The notes beneath the pieces are model-generated. The model saw only the letters and a program-made list of their open reading frames with translations. It was not told where the DNA came from and made no database searches. Source: an uncultured Gemmatimonadales bacterium (GTDB taxonomy: Bacteria > Gemmatimonadota > Gemmatimonadetes > Gemmatimonadales > Gemmatimonadaceae). From it: a stretch of DNA of 64,000 nucleotides. This document shows, piece by piece, positions 1 to 9,304 of the stretch. Position 1 is the stretch's first letter, and every line of letters starts with the position of its first letter. The position numbers and the translations under genes were made by a program. The stretch spans positions 1 to 64,000 of the forward strand of contig CAVPQB010000002.1 in assembly GCA_963707505.1 (NCBI GenBank), written 5' to 3'.

Positions 1-250
1 CGGCTATCTCGAGTTGGCTTATTGCCTTTCGGACAAGATCTATATCCCAGGTTCCAAATCCTTGGTAACTCTTCGCGGCGGTTACGGTTCCGAGGTGATA
101 CCACGCACTCGCGTTCGTGGAATCGGCCGCTGTTGCGAGCGTTAACACCTTGAGTGAGCTCTGAAAGAATTCCGCACGAGCAGTTTGCGCGTCCTCGGGA
201 TCTTGAAAGAACGGGGCCCGGAAGCAGCTGTATAGGTCTCGGTTTCGATC
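1..250 (-). pseudogene. Partial reading frame with a TPR-like segment, running off the window edge
   Basis: Manual translation gives DLYSCFRAPFFQDPEDAQTARAEFFQSSLKVLTLATAADSTNASAWYHLG...KAISQLEIA, open to position 1. It is preceded by an in-frame TAG near 252, and no convincing start was seen. Confidence 0.3.
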
Positions 251-430
251 CTATAAAAAGCTCATCCAGATGTCATCCAGCTCCCGAGATGCCGCTGTGC
301 TCGCAGCAATGTTGGTGGCGGTTGTTTTCCTTCAGCCCGCACTTGGACCAGACACGCAGTCCGACGCCGCGTTGCATCACCGGCACGCTCGAAATGCAAA
401 GCGAGCTAAGGGCAAACACGATCAGCGGCT

Positions 431-469
431 AAAGAAGAAGCCCGACCATATCCTCTTGGTCGGGCTTCT
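431..469 (-). terminator. Rho-independent terminator-like hairpin after the immunity gene
   Basis: Perfect 13-bp stem agaagcccgacca (436-448) / tggtcgggcttct (457-469), followed by TCTTT on the minus strand. Confidence 0.7.
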
Positions 470-527
470 ACCTGTCAGACTTCACCCATGTAAAGTATAC
501 GTCGGGCCCTCAACGCATCTACAGCGT

Positions 528-1001
528 TCAAGTATCCATGCTTCGCGCGCGTGCTCTAACATTTTCATCAAGGCGTTGAAAAACAGCGAAATCTCCTGAC
601 ATAATATCAGAGGCCTGAGAACTCAGCGCACTCGCGTACTGCGCAAGCAAGCGAGTCACCGCTTGATCATCACCTCCAGAGAACATCTTGCCCACCGGCG
701 AGTTCTCTACGGGGCGCACTAGCAGCAAGTCATCTACATCGAATGCCTTGCTGCGATCCGCGCCGGAACTGACGGATGGTACCTCTTGCACAATCGCGCC
801 ATTTTCAAGTTCGTAGATCGTCAGAAAAGGACGTAGTTCGGTCCAGTCCACGGCAACCTTAAGGCCGGTCGTGGCGTTTGCATACAGCACTGCCGCGTAA
901 TTGCGTGAGTCGTCTCGCCTCAGCACTCGCAATCCGAACTGGGTCGCGAGTGGACTCATCGCAGATTCGATAGTAGCCGATAGGAACTGGTTCATGATCA
1001 C
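528..1001 (-). CDS. Putative immunity protein for the second Rhs toxin tip
   Basis: 157-aa ORF whose start overlaps the toxin stop (GTGA, 998-1001). Visibly more AT-rich than the backbone genes. The position is typical of Rhs immunity genes. Confidence 0.7.
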   Translation of the reverse strand: MIMNQFLSATIESAMSPLATQFGLRVLRRDDSRNYAAVLYANATTGLKVAVDWTELRPFLTIYELENGAIVQEVPSVSSGADRSKAFDVDDLLLVRPVENSPVGKMFSGGDDQAVTRLLAQYASALSSQASDIMSGDFAVFQRLDENVRARARSMDT

Positions 1002-1999
1002 GGTACCGTTGTGGGATATCTACGGCTCTCTATAAGAGCTTTCTCAGCTCGATAGAATTGGCTCGGCGAGGGACGAGTCGCGTCCGGGCCTATATCAATA
1101 ATCTCCTTGCCATCCCGCATCGCGCCACGAAGCCACGTACTATTGGCTTTCCAAAGTGCTTTCGCACCGCGAGCCCCCGTTTCAAAAGTCTCCGCATCGT
1201 GTGTGGCGGCAGCAGCGCGCACACGGGCCATCGTCTCTCCGATCACGACCTTTCCAGCGCGGGCCTCGCCCGCGCCAGTAGCGGCGGATCCGACGCCCGC
1301 CGTCGCAATGACGGCGCTTACCTGCCCACCGAAATACGCTGCGCCATCCTTATCGACTACATCATTGGTGCCCATCTTGTCGCGAACCCAATCGGTAGCG
1401 CCGAAGGACACCGCATCGCCGAAACCCGCAGCGAAGCTTGCAACCGCATTCAGATTGCAAGGCTTACCATCGACCCACTCTGGACAAAGCCCAAACGGGT
1501 CCGAATAGTTTACCTGATCCCCGCCACCGAAGCCATAAGCGTTGAGCCCACCGGCCAAGACCGATCGGATCCACTTGCGTGAATCTCCCGCTCGCTGGAT
1601 CGTAGTACCGGTTCCGCTTGTACTGCATGCCGCTGCCGTCGGTCGCTTCACTCAAGAGAGACCCCATCCAGTACCCGGACGGAAGCGTCACATCGAGCGG
1701 GTGACCTCTCGCCGCCGACATCCCTTCCGCAGGCCACGCTATGTAGCTGCACTTGGGCGCAGAGCCCGTGCACGGATTGGAGCTGCCGTCGTCCCAGGTG
1801 CCCAACGCGTACGCACCTCGCCAGTCCACGTGCGGCGTCATCGTCCCCACCGTGCCCGAGCTCGTGCCACGCCACACGCCCACTGGTGCATCAAGTCCGT
1901 CGGCGTTCACATAGCCCACCATCGCCGAGTCACTCTCAAGGCCCGGCATCGTGTTCGAGCTGGAGATGGTCTCGTAGAGGTACTGATCCCCGTCCCACA
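998..1999 (-). pseudogene. Orphan Rhs core fragment plus C-terminal toxin domain (frameshifted)
   Basis: ORF 1464-1949 carries RNRYYDPASGRFTQVDPIGL and ORF 998-1651 carries AGGLNAYGF...NYSDPFGL plus a variable tip. They join across one extra A at 1557-1558. Homology to the upstream Rhs begins at WDGDQY (~1999). Confidence 0.85.
1503..1999. repeat. Copy 2 of ~500-bp duplicated Rhs core
   Basis: Near-identical to 3213-3708 at an offset of 1709-1710 bp. Differences are mostly synonymous. Confidence 0.9.
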
Positions 2000-2056
2000 G
2001 ACACGCGACGATTGCCCGCGGCTTCTACTAGCACTACCGATTCGGCGATCGGTAGT

Positions 2057-2096
2057 CAAACGACGAAGCCCGGCCGGGCTATCTGGCTGGGCTTCG
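2057..2096 (-). terminator. Terminator-like hairpin after the first immunity gene
   Basis: Stem cgaagccc(g)gcc / ggc(t)gggcttcg (2064-2096), followed by TCGTTT on the minus strand. A second 9-bp hairpin lies at 2033-2056. Confidence 0.55.
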
Positions 2097-2143
2097 CATC
2101 ACCACCCGCGATTCACGCCATTACGTGCACAGCAGCGACAGAC

Positions 2144-2710
2144 TCACAGGGTTGATAAACGTGGATTCTTCAGCACTGTCCCACAATTTGGGCATTTCAG
2201 CAGAGGCCCATTTACGCTCGTCTGCCAAGCTTCGCGGCAGTTCGAACAGATCATCCATCCATCGCCGATGTCTTCCGCGGCTGGCCTCGTCGTTCCGGTG
2301 TCGAATTCGAGTTCCATTAATTCTTGATAGCGCTGAAACACATCACGTGATCTTACCTCACCATCGGTGAGGTTGTCATAAAAAGTGAGAGGATCGCTCG
2401 CCCATTCCACAAAGGAGAAGATGGCATCTCCGGCGCGAAGGCCAGCATCGTGAAATCCAAAGACCCAGTATTGCGAAATCCTCGAATCTGACACCTCAAA
2501 CAACGGCGCCGGAAACCAGACGGGGTACCCAACACCTGATTCATCAAGCAAGTAATACCAAATTCCTCCTCGCCGTAGCGTCAAAGCATAGACGATATAC
2601 TCCTTTCCAACTCGGAGCGGAAAGATGGTGTCGGCTCTGTAGCCGCCTGCCGAATCGAGATAGAGTTCCGGAAGGCTCGTTCCCTTGCTGCTGCTGCAAC
2701 GCACTTTCAT
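2144..2710 (-). CDS. Putative Rhs immunity protein with C-terminal Zn-ribbon
   Basis: 188 aa, starting 15 bp after the toxin stop. GKEYIVYAL...YPVWFPAPLFEV...FYDNLTDG pattern, ending in CSNC...CPNC. Confidence 0.75.
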   Translation of the reverse strand: MKVRCSSSKGTSLPELYLDSAGGYRADTIFPLRVGKEYIVYALTLRRGGIWYYLLDESGVGYPVWFPAPLFEVSDSRISQYWVFGFHDAGLRAGDAIFSFVEWASDPLTFYDNLTDGEVRSRDVFQRYQELMELEFDTGTTRPAAEDIGDGWMICSNCREAWQTSVNGPLLKCPNCGTVLKNPRLSTL

Positions 2711-2725
2711 CGCGGTACCACAAAA

Positions 2726-4582
2726 TTATGGGTTCTTGAATTTAAAGCCTTCAGTCACGCCGGTCTCGATCTCCCGCCAGTAATGAATGACAATGTTCGT
2801 TCCGTCAGGATTGATGTGAACATGTTGCATCTTCGCCCAGCCAGCTCTTGCGGCGTCTTTGATCTTGCCCTGCATGATCTCTGTGCCCGCACCAGCCTTA
2901 GCCTCGGACATCGCGAGATGTTCGGCGAGAGACCGAGCTTCTGTCCGAACTGCTCTGCCCTCACCGCCAGGCACTGCCAAGAACGCGACTCCCAGCGCCG
3001 CTTCACCTACGCGTCCGCTGGCAATCGCATCACCTGTCGAAGCTGCGCCGTTGATACCTGTTGCTTCCATCCCAGCGGCCAGCGCAGCGCCAGCATTCAA
3101 CGCAACCTTACCAGTGGCGCCACCGTGCTGCGCGCCCCAATCGGCGAGCGCCTGCGCCAAGCACTCCGTCCACGCACTCGAGCCCTTGCACGGATCGAGA
3201 CCCAGTGGATCTGAGAAGTTTACCTGATCTCCGCCACCGAAGCCATAAGCGTTGAGCCCACCCGCCAGCCCTATCGGATCTACTTGCGTGAATCTCCCGC
3301 TACTTGGATCGTAGTACCGGTTCCGCTTGTACTGCATGCCACTGCCATCGGTACTTTCACTCAAGAGAGACCCCATCCAGTACCCTGACGGAAGCGTCAC
3401 GTCCAACGGATGCCCTCTCGCCGCCGACATCCCCACCGCGGGCCACGCGATGTAGCTGCACTTGGGTGCTGAGCCCGTGCACGGATTGGAGCTTCCGTCG
3501 TCCCAGGTGCCCAACGCGTACGCACCTCGCCAGTCCACGTGCGGCGTCATCGTCCCCACCGTGCCCGAGCTCGTGCCACGCCACACGCCCACTGGTGCAT
3601 CAAGTCCGTCGGCGTTCACATAGCCCACCATCGCCGAGTCACTCTCAAGGCCTGGCATCGTGTTCGAGCTGGAGATCGTCTCATACAGGTACTGGTCCCC
3701 GTCCCACACCGTGCGTGACACATAGGCTCCAGCCTGACCTCCCTGCGTGCGTCTCCAGATGCGGCGGCCCAGTGCGTCGTAGCGGTACTCCTCGTACAGC
3801 CAGTTGGAGCCCGAGATGCTGTTCACGTCTATGCCGTTGTGACGGTTGAAGAGACGTAGCTTGTTGTCTCCGTCATAGAAGTGCGCCTCTGCGGTCTGGG
3901 AGATCGAATCGGTGAAGAAGATTGAGTTAAAGGATGAGTTGAAGTTCCCGCCGCCGAGATCTGATGGTCCCGTCATGCTGCCCACCGTAAACGATGATAT
4001 CGGAGCCTGTCCCGCTTGCGCATTCGTCGGATAGTTCATCGGATAGTTCATCGTGGTCTCTCCGCCAGTTCCGAAGGCGTTCTGCTCCTTCGTGAACACT
4101 GTCGAGAGATTGCCCACGCCGTCGTAGCCCAGCTCCTTGACGGTAGAAGTAGGGATAGGTCGCGTACGTGCTGTCGTTCTTAGGCGACGTCACGGTCATG
4201 AGTTCCCCGTTGGCGCTCACATCCATCACGCGTGCCGTGTTGGGGTCGGCAGCGTTGTACGACATCGGCAGACGCCAGCTGTTGAGCCTGTTCCCCAGCG
4301 CGTCCACCGTGAACGCCTCGGTCGCCACGCTCCCGCTCGCGTTGGTCTCCATGCCGATCACCGAGCCCAGGCCGTGATACATCATCGTCACGTCCTCGGT
4401 GGGATTGGTCGACACTCCGCTTCCCGAGAAGTGACCAGTCTCGACCCGGCCCATGTTGTCATACGTCATGCTGTCACTCAACAAACCGATGTTGCTCACC
4501 ACCACGACGGACGTCACGTTGCCGTCGTCGTCGTAGTGCTTGGTGTCCGTCACCGGACCGGTTACGCTACCGGGTGAGGTCA
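2726..4582 (-). pseudogene. N-terminally truncated Rhs/YD-repeat protein with C-terminal toxin domain (frameshift at ~4137)
   Basis: YD repeats (HYDDDGN, TYDNMGR, GYDGVGN, RYDALGRR) and core RYYDPSSGRFTQVDPIGL...NFSDPLGL, then a ~160-aa variable tip. ORFs 3927-4685 and 2726-4117 join by removing one base. No N-terminal delivery domain is present. Confidence 0.85.
3213..3708. repeat. Copy 1 of ~500-bp duplicated Rhs core
   Basis: Aligns by eye with 1503-1999. Identity ends at the DPxGL boundary. Confidence 0.9.
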
Positions 4583-4755
4583 CCCGGCATCCACGCCTGC
4601 TCGCCCCGCCGTCAACTCCGCACAAACAGGCGATATTGACGTGAAGCGTCTGGACCGACTTCTGCGATGGTTCCGAGCCCGACAAGCCTTACCAGCAAGC
4701 TCGATAGCGACATGCGGGACTTTCGCGGAGCTCCGTACGTGTACGAAATTCAACC

Positions 4756-5724
4756 ATGATGATGGCTAGAGCTCAAATCCGCGGCATCCTTCGAATCGTT
4801 GCAGCGATTCTCACAGTCCTTATTCTGGTTGTGCTCGTCCAGTCGATCCGGCGGGATGGACCAGCCGCCGTCGACGCCTGGCGCAGCGCACATGTACGCT
4901 GGACGTGGGTTGCACTGTCCGTCGTATTTGGAGCGATCGGACATGCATTTTATGTGATCGGATGGCGACGCCTCCTGAACGACGCAGGCATTCGCGTTCC
5001 GCTGTGGCAACTGATTCGCTTCTTTCTCGTAAGCAACCTCGGGCGCTATCTGCCGGGCGGAAAGGCGTGGCAGATGGGCATCATCGGCGTGATGGCGGCA
5101 GAGCATGACCTTCCAGCCGCCGCCATCACTGCAAGCTCGCTCTTCCAGGGAGTCATAGGCGTCGGTGTCGGCGCGATCGTGCTGTTCGCGGCCGGCGGCG
5201 CCCTCGTTGGCCTGCCCACTCCGTGGCTGGCGCTGCCGTTGATCGGTGTGACGATCCTGCTCCTGTGTCCGGTGATCATCAAATCGTCCGATCGCCTGCG
5301 ACAGTTGATCACTCGGCACTGGCCCGATGTCACGTCAGTGACCGTTGGCACGATGTGGATGTTGATCTGGACCTCGGTCGGCAACTGGGTCATGTGGGGT
5401 GCGGCATTCTACGCACTCGGCGGTGCGCTGCTGCCGTCACCCGTAGCTTCGATCAGCTCGTACATCGCTGCGTGGAGCGGATCGTTTCTCGCAGGTTTGA
5501 TCGCAGTTGTGTCTCCAGCTGGACTGGGCGCGAGAGAAGGCGTGATGCAGGCAATACTTCACAACGCGGGCATGAACGCTGCGGACGTACTGATAGTCGT
5601 CGTCATCGCTCGCGTGTGGTCCACAATACTGGACGTGGTTCCTGCGGTGACGGTGCTGATCTTCCGAAAGCGCCGCCATGCGCGAGCAGCTGCCGATCAA
5701 CTCGCGCAGGAAGTTGAGACGTGA
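4756..5724 (+). CDS. Lysylphosphatidylglycerol synthase TM / flippase-like (UPF0104) membrane protein
   Basis: Multi-TM, with SNLGRYLPG and SPAGLGAREG motifs. Confidence 0.8.
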   Translation: MMMARAQIRGILRIVAAILTVLILVVLVQSIRRDGPAAVDAWRSAHVRWTWVALSVVFGAIGHAFYVIGWRRLLNDAGIRVPLWQLIRFFLVSNLGRYLPGGKAWQMGIIGVMAAEHDLPAAAITASSLFQGVIGVGVGAIVLFAAGGALVGLPTPWLALPLIGVTILLLCPVIIKSSDRLRQLITRHWPDVTSVTVGTMWMLIWTSVGNWVMWGAAFYALGGALLPSPVASISSYIAAWSGSFLAGLIAVVSPAGLGAREGVMQAILHNAGMNAADVLIVVVIARVWSTILDVVPAVTVLIFRKRRHARAAADQLAQEVET

Positions 5725-5766
5725 GCGAGCGCATCCTTTAATGCACGCATCTTTTACCCCCCGACC

Positions 5767-5973
5767 ATGCGCTACATCCTGAAACAGAAGCTGTTTTCGC
5801 ACGGCGACGATTTCTTCATCAAGGACGACTCCGGCCGCGACCTCTATTTCGTCGACGGCAAGGTGTTCAGTGTTGGTAATCAACTGTCGTTCCAGGATCT
5901 CGAGCGCAACGAGCCTGCATTCATCCGAGGCACGCTACAGGCGTGCCATCCGGATGATTGGAGTCGGCACTGA
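5767..5973 (+). pseudogene. Truncated LURP-one-related (scramblase-like) gene
   Basis: MRYILKQKLFSHGDDFFIKDDSGRDLYFVDGKVFSVG is the family N-terminus. Similarity stops after ~54 aa. Confidence 0.65.
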
Positions 5974-6046
5974 GCGTCTATCCAGACGCGCCTTTCTATT
6001 CTATTTGAGCCACCAAAGTGATGTCGTTCCTCGAGGGTTGATGCAA

Positions 6047-6586
6047 ATGTCAGAAGATGTAGCAGGCCTGATCGCACGCGGTACTCGAGCTCGGCGCGAG
6101 CAGCGTCTGAATGACGCATACCTTTCGTATCAACAAGCAGCCGAGCTGTCACGCTCAGCGGGATCGGAACAGCATCTTATTTCCGCGCTCGTTGGCCTTG
6201 GTCAGATACAACGCGATCGCGGGCATATCAACCAGGCTCAGCAGCATTACGCCGATGCTCTTGCTCTCTGTCGCCGTCACGGTAGTCCACTCGTGCTCGC
6301 CCACACTGCGAGACACCTGGGCGACATCTATCGGGAGAATGGCCTGACGGAACAGGCCAGGACGTTGCTTGCAGAGGCGATCACCATCTACCGTCAGGAC
6401 GTGGATACGAAAGTCCTTGATCTCGCCAATGCGATCAGGCCGTTTGCGCTCCTCATGATCGAAATCGGCGACGTCGATGCGGCTCGTCCGCTCTTGCAAG
6501 AAGCGTTGGTACTTTACTCGGCGCTCAATCTGACTGCGGGCGTCGCTGAATGCTCGACGCAGTTGGCAAAGCTTGTCACTTCGTAG
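6047..6586 (+). CDS. Tetratricopeptide repeat protein
   Basis: TPR helices (ALVGLGQIQRDRG, TARHLGDIYRENG). The start is at 6041 or 6047, after GAGGG. Confidence 0.75.
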   Translation: MSEDVAGLIARGTRARREQRLNDAYLSYQQAAELSRSAGSEQHLISALVGLGQIQRDRGHINQAQQHYADALALCRRHGSPLVLAHTARHLGDIYRENGLTEQARTLLAEAITIYRQDVDTKVLDLANAIRPFALLMIEIGDVDAARPLLQEALVLYSALNLTAGVAECSTQLAKLVTS

Positions 6587-6866
6587 GAGTGCGATCCGGT
6601 TGACTATTCGTCCGGACGGACGGCGGCATCCGACACGGATCAACACTCGTGTCAGGCAATTACAATTTCTTTTCTCATATGCCCGGGGTCATCAGGTATC
6701 GCGGTATCGGCGGCGATCTATCTTGGCATCGTAGCGGATCAGGATGGGCTTTCTCGCCTTCGCCAGTGTTGCCCTTGCTCTCTCTATATCGAAGCAATGA
6801 CAGGCTCGAAGCTTGCCGAAGCAGATCACCAGGTAATTACTGAATCTCTGTCAGGACGGACACGCT

Positions 6867-7427
6867 ATGCGACCAGTGCGATACAACGTGGCGGCGAGCC
6901 TGGACGGCTACATCGCCGACGCAAACGGCGGGTACGACTGGATTCCGCAGGATGCCACGGTCGACTTCGGATCGATCTTCGCGCGTATTGACACGGTTCT
7001 CTTGGGGCGCCGCAGCTACGAGGTGGCTCGTACCGTACCGGAGGTGCCATGGTCGGCGGGAACGCGCATCTACGTCTTTTCGCGCACCCTCCGTCCGGAA
7101 GATCACCCCGAGGTCACGTTGGTACACACCGATGCGGCCGGAGTCGTAGCGGCACTTCGGGCAGAGCCCGGCGACGGTGAGATCTGGCTGTTCGGCGGCG
7201 GTGTGCTGTTCGGCGACCTCCTCGCCGCCGGACAGGTTGACGCAGTCGAAGTCACCGTCGTGCCGGTGCTGCTCGGCGGCGGTGTTCCGCTACTCCCGCC
7301 CGGTGCACCGCAGACTGTGCTTACACTCACACATTCACACGTGTACCCGAGCGGAATGGTCGGACTCTACTACTCAGTGCCCAGCGCAACTCATTCAGCT
7401 TCAGCGAGCCGCGACCCGGCACTCTGA
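6867..7427 (+). CDS. Dihydrofolate reductase family (RibD C-terminal) protein
   Basis: AASLDGYIA, LLGRRSY, IWLFGGG and VPVLLGGGVPL motifs. Confidence 0.9.
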   Translation: MRPVRYNVAASLDGYIADANGGYDWIPQDATVDFGSIFARIDTVLLGRRSYEVARTVPEVPWSAGTRIYVFSRTLRPEDHPEVTLVHTDAAGVVAALRAEPGDGEIWLFGGGVLFGDLLAAGQVDAVEVTVVPVLLGGGVPLLPPGAPQTVLTLTHSHVYPSGMVGLYYSVPSATHSASASRDPAL

Positions 7428-7442
7428 CTGGTTTAGGCCATA

Positions 7443-7473
7443 TTGACTATTTAGACTAGTCTAAGTAGTCTAA
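7443..7473 (+). promoter_or_regulatory. Sigma70-like promoter overlapped by a palindromic TA operator
   Basis: TTGACT(7443-7448)-N17-TAGTCT(7466-7471). Perfect palindrome TTAGACTAGTCTAA at 7451-7464, extendable to 7445-7470 with one mismatch. Confidence 0.7.
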
Positions 7474-7478
7474 TGTAT

Positions 7479-7758
7479 ATGGCAAACCCCGATTCGCACC
7501 CAGGCATCTGGCAGCTCCACGAGGCGAAGGCCCGATTCAGCGAACTCTTTCGTCTCGCGCACACCGACGGACCACAGCGCGTGACACGACATGGCGGCGA
7601 AGCTGTTGTAATCGTGCGCGCCGAGCAGTTTGACCAGCTCGAGGAACGCACCACACAGCCCGACTTCTCTGGTAGAGTTCTTTCATTCAGCCCCGCTCGG
7701 TGGGGCAACTCTCGACTTGAGACGGAAACGCGACTCTACACGAAACATAAAGTGGTGA
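7479..7758 (+). CDS. Phd/YefM-family antitoxin (apparent +1 frameshift at ~7660)
   Basis: WQLHEAKARFSELF...GPQRVTRHG. The +1 frame gives the typical tail PTSLVEFFHSAPLGGATLDLRRKRD, ending at TGA 7756-7758. Confidence 0.85.
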
Positions 7759-7762
7759 TCGA

Positions 7763-8188
7763 ATGAGCGGCTTTCTTCTCGATACGAACATCGTATCCGA
7801 ACTAATGAAGGCTCGGCCGAATCGCCACGTGACGAGTTGGGTTGAATCGACCCCGGAATTTCTGCTGTACCTGAGCGTCCTCACAATAGGCGAGGTGCGG
7901 AAGGGGATCGATACGCTGGGAGACACAGATCCGAAACGCGCCGCGTTGCAGAGCTGGCTGGCTCGAGATGTGCGCATTCGTTTCGCCCAACGCATCCTGC
8001 CCATTGATGACGCGGTCGCGGAGAGGTGGGGCCAGCTGGAGGCGGCAGCCAGGAAACGTCGTATCACCCTTCCGACTATTGACGCACAGATGGCGGCGAC
8101 TGCATTGCATTACAATCTTACATTTGTCACTCGCAATACCGCTGACGTGGAATCAACGGGCGTCGCGACGTTCAATCCGTTTATCTAG
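7763..8188 (+). CDS. vapC: VapC PIN-domain toxin
   Basis: FLLDTNIVSE, SVLTIGEVRKG, IDAQMAATA and VTRN motifs. Confidence 0.92.
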   Translation: MSGFLLDTNIVSELMKARPNRHVTSWVESTPEFLLYLSVLTIGEVRKGIDTLGDTDPKRAALQSWLARDVRIRFAQRILPIDDAVAERWGQLEAAARKRRITLPTIDAQMAATALHYNLTFVTRNTADVESTGVATFNPFI

Positions 8189-8270
8189 ATTCGCAATCGG
8201 CCGATAGGATCGTGAGCTCTTGACTCCACGCCACAATCGAAACCGAGCGGCTCTACAAAAAAGGCGACAC

Positions 8271-8666
8271 ATGCATACTGATGAACAGGAGATACGGCAG
8301 CTCGTATCCACATGGATGACTGCGAGCAAGGCCGGCGACGTCGACACTGTTCTCTCCCTCATGTCGGACGATGCAATCTTTCTCGTACCTGGCCAGCCCG
8401 TCATGCGCAAGGCCGACTTCGCTGCTGCGGCGCACGCTCAAGCAGCCCCCGATGCGCCGCAGTTCGACGGCACGAGTGAGATCCAGGAGATCAAGATCCT
8501 GGGCGACTGGGCATTCATGTGGACCAGGCTTACCGTCGTCGTCACTCCACCGGGAAACGCCGAGTCAATTACACGCAAGGGACACACGTTGACCATTCTC
8601 AGGAAGCAGGACGGCAAATGGGTACTCGCGCGTGACGCCAATCTTCTCACCACGGTGCCAACCTGA
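8271..8666 (+). CDS. SnoaL/NTF2-like (DUF4440, SgcJ/EcaC-type) protein
   Basis: DEQEIRQLVSTW...GDVDTVLSLMSDDAIFL...LTILRKQDGKWVLARD. Confidence 0.85.
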   Translation: MHTDEQEIRQLVSTWMTASKAGDVDTVLSLMSDDAIFLVPGQPVMRKADFAAAAHAQAAPDAPQFDGTSEIQEIKILGDWAFMWTRLTVVVTPPGNAESITRKGHTLTILRKQDGKWVLARDANLLTTVPT

Positions 8667-8674
8667 GGATTCCC

Positions 8675-9199
8675 ATGGATTTTGATGTAACGACCGCAGT
8701 CGCGGTCCTCGAACGAACTCCCCACGCTCTGCGCGCAATGCTCACGGGACTGGGATCAGCATGGATCGACGCAGATGAAGGCGCCGAGACCTGGAGCCCG
8801 TATGACAACGTAGGTCACCTGATCCATGGCGAGCGAACGGACTGGATTCCCCGCGCGCAGATCATTCTCGCCCAGGGCGAGAATCGCCGCTTCATACCAT
8901 TCGACCGTTTCGCTCAGTTCCGTGAGAGCAAGGGCAAGTCGCTCGCCGATCTGTTGGACGAATTCTCGAACTTGCGATCGGCCAACCTGGCTACACTTGC
9001 AGGATGGAAGCTTTCCGACGAACAACTCGCGTTGAAGGGTGAGCATCCGGAACTCGGGACGGTTACGCTCCGGCAGTTGTTGTCGGCATGGGTCGTACAC
9101 GACCTCGGACACATTGCTCAGATCGCTCGTGTGATGGCGAAGCAGTACCGCGACGCTGTGGGACCGTGGCGCGTCTACCTTCCGGTGCTGGACCGCTGA
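8675..9199 (+). CDS. DinB-family protein
   Basis: WSPYDNVGHLIHGE and WVVHDLGHIAQI His triad. Confidence 0.88.
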   Translation: MDFDVTTAVAVLERTPHALRAMLTGLGSAWIDADEGAETWSPYDNVGHLIHGERTDWIPRAQIILAQGENRRFIPFDRFAQFRESKGKSLADLLDEFSNLRSANLATLAGWKLSDEQLALKGEHPELGTVTLRQLLSAWVVHDLGHIAQIARVMAKQYRDAVGPWRVYLPVLDR

Positions 9200-9304
9200 C
9201 ATGATGAAACACACCTGACGAGCAGACGCGTACCGCACGCACGTGGATGGCCGCGAGCCGCTGGCTTCACCGGATGGAATGAAGCCAGCGGCACGAACGC
9301 GGCG

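Noticed and set aside
4756..9199. Run of small co-oriented genes resembling an integron cassette array
   Set aside because: No RYYYAAC...GTTRRRY attC-like inverted repeats seen in the spacers, and no integrase in the window.
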